Shown here: one piece after another, positions 14,040 to 27,299 of the stretch
Layout of the letters: every line of letters begins with the position of its first letter
Numbering within the stretch: position 1 is the stretch's first letter
Assembly (NCBI GenBank): GCA_038087875.1
Contig: CM075989.1
Coordinates: forward strand, 434,001-498,000
DNA: 64,000 bases
Direction of reading: 5' to 3'
Source: Malacoraja senta
Taxonomy: Eukaryota
Position numbers and translations under genes: made by a program
The notes under the pieces: model-generated
Databases searched by the model: none
What the model saw: the letters and a program-made list of their open reading frames with translations, nothing else
What the model was told of the DNA's origin: nothing

Positions 14040-14330
14040 AACAGCGGATACAGTAGAAGAGGTTGGAGGAGGTGCAAATGAAACTCTGCCTCACCTGAAA
14101 AACTGTCAGGGTCCTTGGACGTAGTCAAGGGAAGAGGTATAGGGACAGGTGTTGCATCCTCTGTGGTTGCAGGGTAATAATAGAATAAACAAGGTGTGAA
14201 TGGTCCTTGATTATGCTGGTTCCTTTCCTGAGGCCACATGAACTATGGGTGGGGTCGATGTGGGAGGAGGCTACTGTGACGGGTCAACATCCACAACGTT
14301 CTACAATGTCTTGTAGTCTTCGGCAGAGCT
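14040..14330 (-). mobile_element. Penelope-like fragment (GIY-YIG region)
   Basis: RQSFICTSSNLFYCIRCS resembles RQRFTCISSNLIYCIRCS of the 4604-6930 element. Confidence 0.7.
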
Positions 14331-15089
14331 GTGTCGACGTTTTCTATTTCATAAACAAATAAGGATCCCATCAGCTAGACGTTTGCTGACTCTCTGAACC
14401 ACCATCACCTGCAAGATTACCTGATATCTGCCTCAGGAAGGCAGCATCTATCATCAAGAATCCCCATCATGTCCACTTCTTGCTGTTACCCTTGGGCAGG
14501 ATGTACAGAAGCCTGAGGTCCCACTACACTTACCCTGATTACATGTTTAAGAACATCTTTCCTTTAATCATGAGGATCTTGAACTGACCCTAATCCTATC
14601 TTAGCAATGGAATACTATGGACCACCTCTTACACTACCATGGACCATTTTTTGCTTCAATGTCGGAGATCAAGAGAGCACGCAAACATTCATAGATATAT
14701 TTATTTATCCAGATAATTAATTAAAGTGCTTTGCTGTTAACAATTTGTAATAAGAATGATAATTGAAGGGAGAATGGGTTTATGTTCACTGGAATTTAGA
14801 AGAATGAGAGAGAACCTAATTGAAACTATAAAATTCTGATGATATTGAACAGATCAGATGCAGGAAGGACGTTTGTGATGGTGGGTAGTTCAGAACCAGG
14901 AGTCATAGTCTCAGGATACAGGATAGGCCATTTCAGACTGTGGTGTAGAGAAAATTATTCACCATATGATTGCTGAACCTATGATGTGGTCTACCACAGA
15001 AGACAGTTGAGCTGAAATCATTATATATGCACAAGATGGAGTTTGATTTTGTAATGGATACACAAGAAACTGAAGATACTGAAAACTGA

Positions 15090-15420
15090 AGCAATAAAAA
15101 ATGGCTGAAGTAGCTCAGCGGGTCACGCAGCATCTCTGGAGGAAATGGACAGTCAATATTTTGGGTCGGGACCCTTCTTCAGACTGATGGATTTGGTGGG
15201 AAAAAGAAAGCTGGGTTGGGACAAGGGATAGGTGGGCACGTGAGGGTGGTGATTGGCAGATGGTGAAGTAAGTCACAAAGGGTGAGGGTGAAATGGAGAC
15301 AAAAGGGTGTCAGATAAGGAGAGGTGGAGGAGTGAAATGTCAAGCCAGAGGGAGGGATTGGGTGGAAGAGGCAAGAGGGGATAAAAGGGAAATATGGGAC
15401 ACAGGAATGGGAGATAAGTA
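15090..15420 (-). mobile_element. Penelope-like 3' terminal fragment with degenerate hammerhead motif
   Basis: Minus strand reads CAGTCTGAAGAAGGGTCCCGACCCAAAATATTGACTG..AGATGCTGC..CCGCTGAG, similar to 6796-6880. Confidence 0.75.
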
Positions 15421-15537
15421 TGTGGAGATCCTGGGGATTCATTTGTGCCGCTAATTCATGTGGTTTCCTTGAAGATGTTGGAATTCCAAGCAGTCCTGTG
15501 CCATTCCCAGAGCATGCGTTTCCTGTCCCTGATCCAA

Positions 15538-15642
15538 TTATACATTTGCATATATGGAATCTTCCACCAAGCAGTTTGCATAAATATCTTCTTGAAGTTG
15601 ATTCATGTTCAGCGTCATTTTGGGATCCTTCAGACCTTTGTC
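15538..15642 (-). CDS. Terminal coding exon of an immune-receptor-like cytoplasmic tail (ITIM-like/YxN motifs)
   Basis: Polypyrimidine acceptor (tttccattcctgtcacag) then DKGLKDPKMTLNMNQLQEDIYANCLVEDSIYANV-stop; phase 0. Confidence 0.65.
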   Translation of the reverse strand, partial: DKGLKDPKMTLNMNQLQEDIYANCLVEDSIYANV

Positions 15643-15734
15643 CTGTGACAGGAATGGAAATAGACAGAATGACAAATGGCCAGCACAATTGGCAATTGCT
15701 ATGTATGGGTCTGGAGAATACTCCACCCACAATA

Positions 15735-16046
15735 GGTGGCACAGTGGCGCAGCGGTAGAGTTGCTGCTTTACAACGCTAGAGACCCAGGTTCAATCCTGA
15801 CTGTGCGTGTTGTCTACGGAGTTTGTGCATTCTCCCCGTGACTTTTGTGGGTTTTCTCCAAGTGCTCCGGTTTCCTCCCACGCTCCAGTCATACAGGTTT
15901 GCAGGTTAGATGGCTTCTATAAATTGTCCCTAGTGTGTAGGACAGTGCTAGTATATGGGTAATCGCTGGTAGGCACAGACTCAGTGGGCTAAAGGGCCTG
16001 TTTCTGCGCTGTATCACTAAAGCAAACTAAACTAAACTAAACTAAA
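15735..16046 (+). mobile_element. tRNA-derived V-SINE (HE1-like)
   Basis: A box TGGCGCAGCGG, B box GGTTCAATCC, core TTCTCCCCGTG..GCTCCGGTTTCCTCCCA, (AAACT)n tail. Confidence 0.85.
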
Positions 16047-16309
16047 TAAATGCCGATAATCATTGATCAATAGTGGGTTTGATTGTATGATTTCAGTCTC
16101 AGGGTGACAGGTGGAATCACAGGGGAGTACACTCGCACCTCTCCGAGAGGTGGTTCTGGGTTCAAGACCCTCCTGCTGTGTCTTTAACACAGAAACCAAG
16201 GCAGACACTCGCAGGCAGTACAGAGAGACCGTCTGTTGTGGGGCATTGCTGAGGGAATGTCACACAGCTCGAAGGCTGCAGATCCCAAGCTGTGTTGGGT
16301 TTGATTGTT

Positions 16310-16630
16310 TAATTTAGTTTTTAGTTTTAGTTTTAGAGATACAGCGCCGAAACATGCCCTTCTGTCCAACGAGTCCGCACCGACCAGCGATCTCTGCATA
16401 TTAACACTAGGGACACTACACAAACTAGAGACCATTTACTCCAAGACAATTAACCTACAAACCTGGACGTCTTTGGAGTGTGGAAGGAAACCGAAGACCT
16501 CGGAGAAAACCCACGTAGGTCATTGGGAGAACGTACAAACTCCACACAGACAGCACCCGTAGTCAGGATCAAACCCGGGTCTCTGGTGCTGCAAGCGCTG
16601 TAAGGCAGCAACTTTACCGCTGCGCCCGTG
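16310..16630 (-). mobile_element. V-SINE, inverted relative to the 15735 copy
   Basis: Reverse complement of the same head, core and (AAACT)n-like tail. Confidence 0.8.
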
Positions 16631-16768
16631 TGGATACTGGAGCTGGGTCAGGAAAAGTGGAGCGGTGTTGTACCAGTGTCCACCTTGCTTTAGTCTCAGT
16701 GACCTGTGTTTGTCCAGTGGGAAAGGAATACAGTAACTGTGACAGGCATCACTCAGGATGGTTATTAC

Positions 16769-16889
16769 CTGGGCTGTTTCAGACCGTGTGTGGTGTATTT
16801 GATAACGTTCCTCCTGCATCTGTCTCTCTCTCATCTGCACGGTTCCAGATTCCTCCCTTGTCACTGTTCTCGATGCATCCACTGGAGGT
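16769..16889 (-). CDS. Upstream cytoplasmic-tail exon of the same receptor
   Basis: Acceptor tttatttctgctcttag, 121 nt (1 nt + 40 codons, PPVDASRT...SETAQ), donor CAG|gtaata; its phase-0 end joins the 15642 exon in frame. Confidence 0.6.
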
Positions 16890-17059
16890 CTAAGAGCAGA
16901 AATAAAGGCTTTGTTAACCCACAGCATCAGAAATGTTCCTTGGCGGGGAGGAAATTATTGACTACTAGTCCAAGTGCAGACCCGTTGGGTCTGTACCTCC
17001 AAAGCACGGTTGCGGGGTGGGAGGCTGGCACCCACAAACACACACACTCATCACACCCC

Positions 17060-19435
17060 TCGAGAGAGGGATGGGAAAGGGGAGGAGAGAGAGATGGGGG
17101 AGGGGGAGAGAGATGTGGGGGAGGGAGGGGGAGGAGGGAGATGGGGTAGGGGGATGGGGGGAGAGGGGAAGGGGGGTGGGGGAGAGAGGGATGAGGTGGG
17201 GAAGGGGAGGGAGAGGGAAGAGTCTGGAGGGAGAGGGAAGGGGGTGAGAGAGAGGGTGGGGGAGGGAGATGGGGAAGAGTGTGGAGGGGGAGAGGGGTAG
17301 GGGGAGAGAGGGGGAAGAGTGGGGAGGGAGAGGGAAGGGAGGGGTGGAGAGAGGTGTGGGGAGGGAGATGGGGAGGGGGGAGGAGGGGGGGGGTGGGGGG
17401 AGATAAGTGGAAGAATGGGGAGGAAGGGGCAGAGGTGTAGGGGGGAGTGGTGGAAGTGGGAGAGAGGGAGGGGGTGAGGGGTAGGGGGAGTGGTGGAAGA
17501 GGGTCAGAGGGGTAGGGGAAGGGGTGGGGAGGGAGGGGAATGGAGGAGAAGAGAGAGGGATTGGTGAGGGAGAGAGAGGGGTGGGGTAAGGGGGAGAGAA
17601 GTGGAACAGTGGGGAGGGAGAGGTAGGGGGAGTGGTGAATGAGGGACAGAGGGGTTGGGGGAAGGGGACGGGGGAGAGAGGGAAGGGGGACGGGAGGAGA
17701 GAGGGATGTGGAGGGGAGAGAGAGGTGTGGGGGAGGGGAGACGGATGGGGAGGGAGGGGATTAGGGAGTTGGGGAAGGGGAGGGAAGGGGAAGAGTGTGG
17801 AGGGAGAAGGGTGGGGGAGTGAGGGATGGGGGTGGGAGGATGAGGGGAGGAGAGGGGTGAGGAGAGGGAGATGGAGAGGGGAAGGAGAGAGGGGTGGGGG
17901 CCGGGAGGAGAGAGGGATTGGGAAGGGATAAGGGAGGGAGGGGAGGAGGGAGATGGGGTAGGGGAGGGAGGCAGAAGAGTGTTGAGGTAGGGGGAGAGGG
18001 GTGGGGGGAGAGAGGGAAAAGAGTTGGGAGGGAGAGTGGGAGGTGGAGGGGGAGAGAAATGGACGATTGGAGGATGGAGGGGCAGAGCGGTAGGGGGGTG
18101 GTGGAAGAGGGACAGGGGATGGTGGAAGAGGCACAGACGGGTAGTGGAAGGGGTGGGGGTGAGAGGGGAGGGAGGGGGAAGGGACGGGGAGAGAGATGGG
18201 TGGGGGTGGGAGAGGGGTGGGGTAAGGGGAGAGATGTGGAAGAGTGGGGAGGAAGGGGTAGTGGGGTGGTGGATGAGGGACAGATGGGTTGGGGGAAAGG
18301 GAAGGGGGAGAGGGAAGGGGACGGGAGGAGAGATGGATGGGGAGGGGGAGAGAGGTGTGGGGGAGGTGGGATGGGGAGGAGATTAGGCAGATAGGGTTGG
18401 GGAGGTGGGGGGAAGAGTGTGGAGGGAGAAGGGGTGGATAAGAGGGGTGAGGAGAGGGAGATGGAGAGGGGGAGGAGAGAGGGGTGGTTGATGGGAGGAG
18501 AGAGGGATGGGGGAGGGGGAGAGAGGTGTGGGGGAGGGGGGAGGGATAAGGGAGGGGTTGAGGAGGGAGATGGGGTAGGGGAGGGAGGTAGAAGAGTGTG
18601 GAGGGAGGGGGAGAGGGGTGGGAGGAGAGAGGGGTAAGAGTGGGGAGGGAGTGTGCGAGGGGGAGAGAAGTGGAAGTGTGGGGAGAATTGAAGGGGGTTA
18701 GGGTAGGGGGACTGGTGGAAGAGGGACAGAGGGTAGGGGAAGGGGTGGGGAGAGAGGGAGGGAGGGGGAAGGGATGGGGGGCGAGAAGTGGAAGAGGGGT
18801 AGTGGTGGAACAGGAACAGAGGGGTAGGGGAAGGGGGCGGGGGGAGAGGGGAAGGGGGTGGGGGGAGAGAGGGAAGGGGGTGGGGTAGAGAGGGTTGGGG
18901 TGGGGAGGGAGGAGGAGGAGAGGGAGGAGGAGAGGGTGAGGGTGAGGAGAGGGAGATTGAGAGGGGGAGGAGAGAGGGGTGGGGGAGGGGAGGAGAGTGG
19001 GGGGAAGGTGCAGGGAGGGGGGAGGGAGGCGAGGAGGTAGATGGGGGAGGGGATAGAGGGGGAAGAGTGTGGATTGATGGGGAAGAGTGGGGAGGGAGGG
19101 GTTTAGTGGAGGGAAGGGGGTGGGGGAGGGGAGATGGAGAGAGAGGGAAGGGGTGGGGGGGGGAAGGGGGTAGAGGGAAGTGGGGGTGGGGAGAGAGGGA
19201 TGGGGGTGGGAGGAGGAGGAGGGAGAGGGAGAGGGGGAGGAGAGAGGGATGGGGAGGGGGAGAGAGGGATGGGGGAGGTGGAGAGATGTGTGGGGGAGGG
19301 GGGAGGGATGGGGGAGGGAGGGGAGGAGGGAGATGGGGTAGGGGAGGGAGGGGGAAGAGTGTGGAGGGAGGGGGAGAGGGGTGGGGGGAGAGAGGGGAAA
19401 TTGTAGGGAGGGAGAGTAGAAAGCGGATGGGTAGG
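17060..19435 (+). repeat. G/A-rich low-complexity tract
   Basis: Near-pure purine strand with GGG/GGGG runs and recurring submotifs (GGTGGAAGAGGGACAGAGGG, GAGAGAGGTGTGGGGG). Confidence 0.95.
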
Positions 19436-20784
19436 GACAGTCCTTCTGTTCCTCATTCCCTACCACCCCCAATCCTCTTTCTCTATTCCCACACATGTGA
19501 TGACGCGCTTCGACACAGGCTGCGAGGAGGGGTGGAGGTGCTGGGGCTGGGGCTGCTGCAAAGGCAAATGTAAATGCATCCATTCCGATTGGACATCTGT
19601 GAGCATTGGGCATTGTGAAATCACACGATGGAACGTTGACCAACATTCTATGGGTGAAAGCTGGGTTCTTTTTACATTTTGAAATTTTGGGTGTGGGGGG
19701 GAGAAGGATTTTATTAAAATGTGTACATATACACGACGAAATTTAATCAGGCGTGGCTACTCGGAAAGAAAAGTGAAATCTCTACCGAAATGGAAAAAAG
19801 CTCGTCATTTCTGCGTGCGGTGTTGGCGTAGCGAGGAATCAAAGGCTGGCAGCCACAAGACACGCAGACACACACACAGAGTTTTAAACTAGACCAAGTG
19901 CAGACCCGTTGAGTCTGGACACTGAACGTGCTTCAGACCCCGGGGTTTTAGATCCCGAACGAGCGTCCGGTGAAAATCGCTAGCGAAAAAAATCCCGAAC
20001 GTGCAGATCCCGGGCTGAAAATAGCTTGCGAATAAAACATAGAATGTGCTTCAGACACCGGGACACAGAACGTGCTTCAGAACCCGGGGTTTTAGAGCCT
20101 GAACGTGATTAAGGTCCCAGGGCGAAAATAGCTGGCGAAAAAAAGATGGCGGAGCAGAGGCTGACCTGCAGGAGGAGACAAAATGAGTGAGTGTGGGGAG
20201 GGGGGATGGATTTTATTTTAAAAAGTGTACATAAACAAGACAAAATTTAATCAGGAGTGGCTACTCGTAAATTAAAGTGAAATCTCTACCGAAATGGAAA
20301 AAAATCTCGGAGTTTCTGCGTGCGGTGTTGGCGTAGCGAGGAATCAAAGGCTGCTGGCTGGCACAAGTCAAGCAGATGCACACACACACAGAGTTTTAAA
20401 TATAGATAGACCAAGTGCAGACCCGTTGGGTCTGGCCCCCGAAAGTGCTTGACACGCCGGGGTGTTGTTCCCGAAGGTGCTTCAGACCCCGGGGTGAAAT
20501 TCTGCGAAAAAAAGATGGCGTCGTTTTCTGAAAAATTCGGAGAAAATCTGCGAAAAAAGATGGCGTCGTTTTCGGAGAAAAAAATATGGCGTCGTTTTTG
20601 GAGAAAATCGGAGACAATCGGAAAAAATCGCGTGGGGGTGGGGGGGGGATGGATTTTATTAAAAAAACGTGTACATAAACACGACCGAATTTAATCAGGA
20701 GTGGCTATTCGTACAGATAAATGTAATCTCTTTGGAAATGGTAAAAAATATGGGCCAGGGGCGGTATCAAAGGGGATTTGGAGG

Positions 20785-21698
<914 letters not shown>

Positions 21699-21879
21699 GA
21701 TACTAGACCAAGTGCAGACCCGTTGGGGCTGTTCCTCCAAAGCACGGTTGCGGGGTGGGAATCTGGCATCCACAAACACACACACTCATCACACCCCTTG
21801 ATATTATCTTAATTTTATTAATTGGCTTCTTTTATCCCATCTCCCTGACGTATAGCCCTCACCTCTCAGGTCCGTGTAG

Positions 21880-23580
21880 AGGGGGGGGGGAGAGAGAGAA
21901 AATTTAATGTGAGAAAAATAAAATTGTGAGGAGGGGGCGGAGAGGAAGGGGGCGGAGAGGGAGGGGGGGGAAGAGGAGAGGAAGGGGGGGAAGAGGAGAG
22001 GAAGGGGGGAAGAGGAGAGGAAGGGGGGAAGAGGAGAGGAAGGGGGGGAAGAGGAGAGGAAGGGGGGGAAGAGGAGAGGAAGGGGGGGAAGAGGAGAGGA
22101 AGGGGGGGTGAGGAGAGGAAGGGGGGGTGAGGAGAGGAAGGGGGGAGAGGAAGGGGGGAGAGGAAGGGGGGAGAGGAAGGGGGGGAGAGGAAGGGGGGGA
22201 GAGGAAGGGGGGGAGAGGAAGGGGGGGAGAGGAAGGGGGGGAGAGGAAGGGGGGGAGAGGAAGGGGGGGAGAGGAAGGGGGGAGAGGAAGGGGGGGAGAG
22301 GGGAGAGAAGGGGGGGAGAGGAAGGGGGGTGAGGAAGGGGGGGAGAGGAAGGGGGGGAGAGGAAGGGGGGGAGAGGAAGGGGGAGAGAAAGGGGGGAGAG
22401 GAAGGGGGGGAGAGGAAGGGGGGGAGAGGAAGTGGGGGAGAGGAAGTGGGGGAGAGGAAGTGGGGAGAGGAAGTGGGGGAGAGGAAGGGGGGGAGAGGAA
22501 GGGGGGGAGAGGAAGGGGGGAGAGGATGGGGGGTGGAGAGGAAGGGGGGGAGAGGAGGGGGGGTGGAGAGGAGGGGGGGTGGAGAGGAGGAGGGGTGGAG
22601 AGGAGGAGGGGTGGAGAGGAGGGGTGGTGGAGAGGACGGGGGGAGAGGACGGGGGAGAGGACGGGGGGAGAGGACGGGGGGGGAGAGGACGGGGGGGAGG
22701 AGGACGGGGGGGGGAGAGGAGGGGGGGGGGAGGAGGGGGGGTGGAGAGGAGGGGGGGTGGAGAGGAGGGGGGGTGGAGAGGAGGGGGGGGTGGAGAGGAG
22801 GGGGGGGTGGAGAGGAGGGGGGGTGGGAGGAGGGGGGGGAGAGGAGGGGGTGGAGAGGAGGGGGGTGGAGAGGAGGGGGGGTGGAGAGGGAGAGGGTGGT
22901 GGAGGACGGGGGGAGAGGACGGGTGGTGGAGAGGAGGGGTGGTGAGGAGAGGGGGGAGAGGAGAGGGGGGGAGAGGAGAGGGGGAGAGGAGAGGGGGAGA
23001 GGAGAGGGGGGAGAGGAGAGGGGGGAGGAGAGGGGGGGGAGAGGAGAGGGCGGAGAGGACGGGGGGAGAGGACGGGGGGGTGAGGACGGGGGTGAGAGGA
23101 GAGGGGGGAGAGGAGGGGGGGAGAGGACGGGGGGGAGAGGACGGGGGGGAGAGGACGGGGGGGAGAGGACGGGGGGGGAGAGGACGGGGGGAGAGGACGG
23201 GGGGGGAGAGGACGGGGGGGGAGAGGACGGGGGGGAGAGGACGGGGGGGAGAGGACGGGGGGGGAGAGGACGGGGGGGGAGAGGACGGGGGGAGAGGACG
23301 GGGGGGGAGAGGACGGGGGGGGGAGAGGACGGGGGGGGAGAGGACGGGGGGGGAGAGGACGGGGTGGGAGGAGTGGGTAGAGAGGAGGGGGGATGAGGAG
23401 GGGGGGATGAGGAGGGGGGATGAGGAGGGGGATGAGGAGGGGGGTTGAGGAGGGGGGATGAGGAGGGGGGATGAGGAGGGGGGATGAGGAGGGGGGATGA
23501 GGAGGGGGGATGAGGAGGGGGGATGAGGAGGGGGGATGAGGAGGGGGAGAGAGGAAGGAGAGGATGGGGAGGAAGGTGAA
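21880..23580 (+). repeat. G-rich minisatellite blocks
   Basis: Successive units close to GGGGGGGAAGAGGAGAGGAA, GGGGGGAGAGGAA, GGGGGGAGAGGAC and GAGGAGGGGGGAT. Confidence 0.95.
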
Positions 23581-23584
23581 CCCC

Positions 23585-23715
23585 ATCTTCAGATGGGTTT
23601 CGGCCCGAAATGTTGCCTATTTCCTTCGATCCATAGACGCTGCTGCACCCGCTGAGTTTCTCCAGCTTTTTTTTGTGTACCTTCAATTTTCCAGCATCTG
23701 CAGTTCCTTCTTAAA
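23585..23715 (+). mobile_element. Penelope 3'-end fragment inside the G-rich array
   Basis: GGGTTTCGGCCCGAAATGTTGCCTATTTCCTTCG..CAGCATCTGCAGTTCCTTCTT is nearly identical to 6809-6924. Confidence 0.9.
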
Positions 23716-23759
23716 GACAGAGAGACTGTTGGCGGGCTGTTTCCCAACGCGTTCGCAGG

Positions 23760-25500
23760 GGGGTGGGGCTGCAGCAGAGTGGGGAGTGAGGGGGAGAGGG
23801 GTAGCGGGGAGTGGTGCAAGAGAGATGGGAAGGGGTGGGGGGCGATGGGGTGAAGATGGGTGGTAGAGGGCGAAGAGAGGACGTGGGAGGGGAGGAGGGA
23901 GAGGGGTGAGGAGAGAAGGGGGAAGATTGGGGAGAGAGAGGGAAGGGAGGGAGGGGGGGGAGAGAGGGGTGGGGAGGGAGATGGGAAGGGATGGGGAGAT
24001 AAGTGGAAGAATGGGGAGTTGGAGAGGTGTAGGGGGAGTGGTGGAAGTGGGAGAGAGGGAGGGGGAGTGGGATAGGGGAGAGTGGTGGAAGAGGGAGAGA
24101 GGGGTAGGGGAAGGGGGTGGGGAGAGAGGGGGGAGGGGGGAGAGAGGGAGAGAGGGGGAGAGAGAGGGGTGTAGGAGTAGGAGGAGAGGGGTGGGGGAAG
24201 GGAGGAGAGAAGTGGAAGAGTGGGGAGGGAGGGGGCGAGTGGTAGGAGGAGTGGTGGAAGAGGGACAGAGGGGTAGGGGGGAGGGGGCAGGGGAGAGAGT
24301 GAAGGGGGGTGGGGGAGAGAGGAATGGGGTGGGAGGAGGAGGGGAGGAGAAGGGAAAGGGGTGAGGAGAGGGAGAGGGGGGAGGAGAGAGGTCTAGGGCA
24401 GGGGAGGAAGGGAGTGGGGAGGGGAGAGAGGTGTGGGGGAGGGGGAGGGTGGGGAGGTGGGGGATGGGGAAGGGGAGAGAGGGGGAAGTGTGTGGAGGGA
24501 GGGGGAAGAGTGGGGAGGGAGAAGGGGGAGGAGAGGGAGAGGGAGATGGAGAGGGGAGGAGAGGGGTGGAGAGGGGAGGAGAGAGGGATGGGGAGGGGGG
24601 AGAGAGGTGTGAGGGAGGGGAGTAGGGAGATGGGGTGGGGGTGGGGGAGAGGGAAGGGGTTGGGGGAGAGAGTGATGGGGTAGGGGTTGGGAGGGGGACA
24701 AGTGTGGAGGGAGAGGAAGGGGAGGGGGAAGAGAGGGGTGGGAGAGGGAGATGTGGAAGAGTGAGGAGGGAGGGGGAGAGGGGTAGGGGGGAGAGAGGGG
24801 GAAGAGTGGGAGGGAGAGAGGGTAGGGGAGAAGATGGGGAGGGGTGGGGGGTGGGGGAGATAAGTGGAAGAATGGGGAGGGAGGGGCAGAGGTGTAGGGG
24901 GAGCAGTGGAGAGAGGAGAGAGAGAGGGGACAGGGGTAGGAGGAGTGGTGGAAGAGGGACAGCGGGGCAGGGAAGGGGGTGGGGGGGGAGGGGCGAGGGA
25001 GGGGCGAGGGGAGGGGGAAGGGAGGGGGGAGAGATTGGGATTGGGGAGGGAGGGAGAGAGAGGGAAGGGGGTGGGGTAGAGATGGAAGGGGTGGGGAAGA
25101 GAGGGATGGGAGGAGGAGGGGGGAGAGGGGGAGGAGAGAGGGGTGGGGGGAGGGGAGGAGAGATGGGAGGGGGAGGAAGGTGTGGGAGAGGGAGGTGTGG
25201 GTGAGGGGGAGGGAGGCGAGGAGGGAGATGGGAAGGGGGTAGAGGGGGAAGTGTGTGGATCGAGGGGGAAGAGGGGAGGGGGAAGGGGGTGGGGGAGAGA
25301 GGGAAGGTGGTGGGGAGGGAAGGGGGGAGAGGGAAGGGAGGTGGGGGAGAGAGGGATGGGGTGGGAGGAGGAGGGTGAGGAGAGGGAGAGGGTGAGGAGA
25401 GGGAGTTGGAGAGGGGGAAAGAGAGAGGGATGTGGGAGGAGGAGAGAGGGATGGGGGAGGGGTAGAGAGGTGTGGGGGAGGGGGGAGGGAGAGGAGGAGG
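23760..25500 (+). repeat. G/A-rich low-complexity tract related to 17060-19435
   Basis: Shares the same submotifs (AGATAAGTGGAAGAATGGGGAG, AGTGGTGGAAGAGGGA). Confidence 0.93.
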
Positions 25501-26069
25501 GACACACACACACAGAGTTTTAAATATAGACTAGACCATGTGCAGACCCGTTGGGTCTGTTCCTCCAAAGCACGGTTGCGGGGTTGGAATCTTGCACCCA
25601 CAAACACACACACTCATCACACCCCTTGATATTATCTTAATTTTATTAATTGACTTATTTTATCCCATCTCCACCCTATCCACTGACGAATAGCCCTCAC
25701 CTCTCAGGTGCGTTAGAGGGGGGTGTGGGGTGGCAGAGAGAGTGTGCACAGACAGAGTGGAAGAGAGAGAGAGAGGGCAGAGAAAAAGATAAAGATCAAA
25801 GAGAGAGAGACCAGAGAGCTGCTGACAGGCGCTGCAAGTGGAAAAGTGATTTATTAAATCTTGAAATGTAAATCTTAAAATACAACAATTTAAATGGTAA
25901 AGATAAAATGTTCAGTGATGTTCATTTTTGTTGTGTCTCTTGCTCCATGTTTTGTGTTCTTTCTCATTGATCCTCGACATATTCAGTTATTTCTTCTTGC
26001 GTCTCTCCTCTTTTTCCCTCCACACTCTTCCCCCTCCCTCCACACTCTTCCCCCTCCTTCCCCTACCCC

Positions 26070-26300
26070 ATCTGTGGAATTCTCTGCCACAGAAGGTAGT
26101 TGAGGCCAGTTCATTGGCTATATTTAAGAGGGGGAGTTGGATGTGGCCCTTGTGGCTAAAGGGATCAGGGGGTATGGAGAGAAGGCAGGTACAGTATACT
26201 GAGTTGGATGATCAGCCATGATCATATTGAATGGCGGTGCAGGCTCGAAGGGCCGAATGGCCTACTCCTGCACCTATTTTCTATGTTTCTATGTTTCTAT
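26070..26300 (+). mobile_element. CR1 LINE 3' end
   Basis: GAAGGGCCGAATGGCCTACTCCTGCACC followed by (TTTCTATG)n tail. Confidence 0.88.
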
Positions 26301-26572
26301 GATAAATATTTACGCTCTGAATTTTGATAACCCCCAATTTTTTAATAAAATTATAGATATAATATCAGAGTTCAATTACCAAAATGTAATAATAGGGGGG
26401 ACTTTAATTGCGTTTTAGATCCATATCAAATCAGTAAAACAAAGGAGGGGTAACTTAAAATCTAAGACTAGTGAACTTTTAAATACATATATAAAAAATA
26501 CTAATATAATAGATGTATGGAGAACTGCTAATCCAACTGGAAGGGAATATTCGTTTTACTCATCGGTACACT
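26300..26572 (+). mobile_element. L1 endonuclease fragment running into the gap
   Basis: INIYALNFDNPQFF..IIGG and VWRTANPTGREYSFY-like sequence. Confidence 0.8.
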
Positions 26573-26772
26573 NNNNNNNNNNNNNNNNNNNNNNNNNNNN
26601 NNNNNNNNNNNNNNNNNNNNNNNNNNNNNNNNNNNNNNNNNNNNNNNNNNNNNNNNNNNNNNNNNNNNNNNNNNNNNNNNNNNNNNNNNNNNNNNNNNNN
26701 NNNNNNNNNNNNNNNNNNNNNNNNNNNNNNNNNNNNNNNNNNNNNNNNNNNNNNNNNNNNNNNNNNNNNNNN
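26573..26772. other. Assembly gap (200 N)
   Basis: Run of N. Confidence 1.
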
Positions 26773-27297
26773 GGGATAAATCTGGCTGTAAAATTTTAAA
26801 ATCGCCCCTGGTTCTCAAGTGGGTTTTTACATACAAAAAGAAAACGCCTCTGAAGCAAAATTTACAACCAGATTTACCACTTCTGAGACTTTTTAGATAC
26901 CAAAGAAATCAAGAAAAAAAACAAATAATGCCTTACTGTTGATGAAATGCAGTGAGCAAACGCGATAAATCCCGATATTTTCAATTCCGATATCTGCACG
27001 GCCAATGTTCGCCAAGCACTTTAACTGTTGTTGTCCCTTCAGCTCTCGCTTCTCTTTCCCTTCATTTCGCTTCACTTTTGGAATTCTGAAGTTGGGTACA
27101 TGTCTCTCACACTTACCCCGATTTCCACAATTTTTTACAGCGAAAAAAATCAACATTTTGGCGTTTTTTAACAGGTAGGAAAGTACGTGTTTCTAGCATT
27201 AATAACATATACCGGAAGTGACGGATGTCCTCCATATGGATTGAGCGGCTCCGTGCGTCAAGCCCTATGACCCGGTGACCTTGCGTGCAACCCCCCT
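26773..27297 (-). mobile_element. Partial copy of THAP-remnant DNA transposon
   Basis: Near-identical to 27830-28321; minus ORF 26893-27156 has THAP-like NC..FRIP..NIGR..RVCSLHF. Confidence 0.75.
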
Positions 27298-27299
27298 AT

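Noticed and set aside
15179..15758. 187-aa minus and 112-aa plus ORFs over the tail exon
   Set aside because: Alternative frames running into SINE and Penelope sequence with no recognisable motifs.
15735..15810. tRNA-like sequence
   Set aside because: Head of a SINE, continuous with core and tail; not a tRNA gene.
16139..16181. Possible 43-nt minus-strand cassette exon (aaag|ACACAG..GAG|gtgcga)
   Set aside because: Not frame-preserving with the tyrosine-motif exon and has no other support; RNA-seq could test it as a motif-less isoform.
19920..20500. CRISPR-like spaced repeats
   Set aside because: Degenerate, irregular spacing, related spacers, no cas genes, eukaryotic context.
26893..27156. 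Host THAP gene
   Set aside because: Degenerate (key Cys/Trp lost), present in repeated copies inside TIRs.
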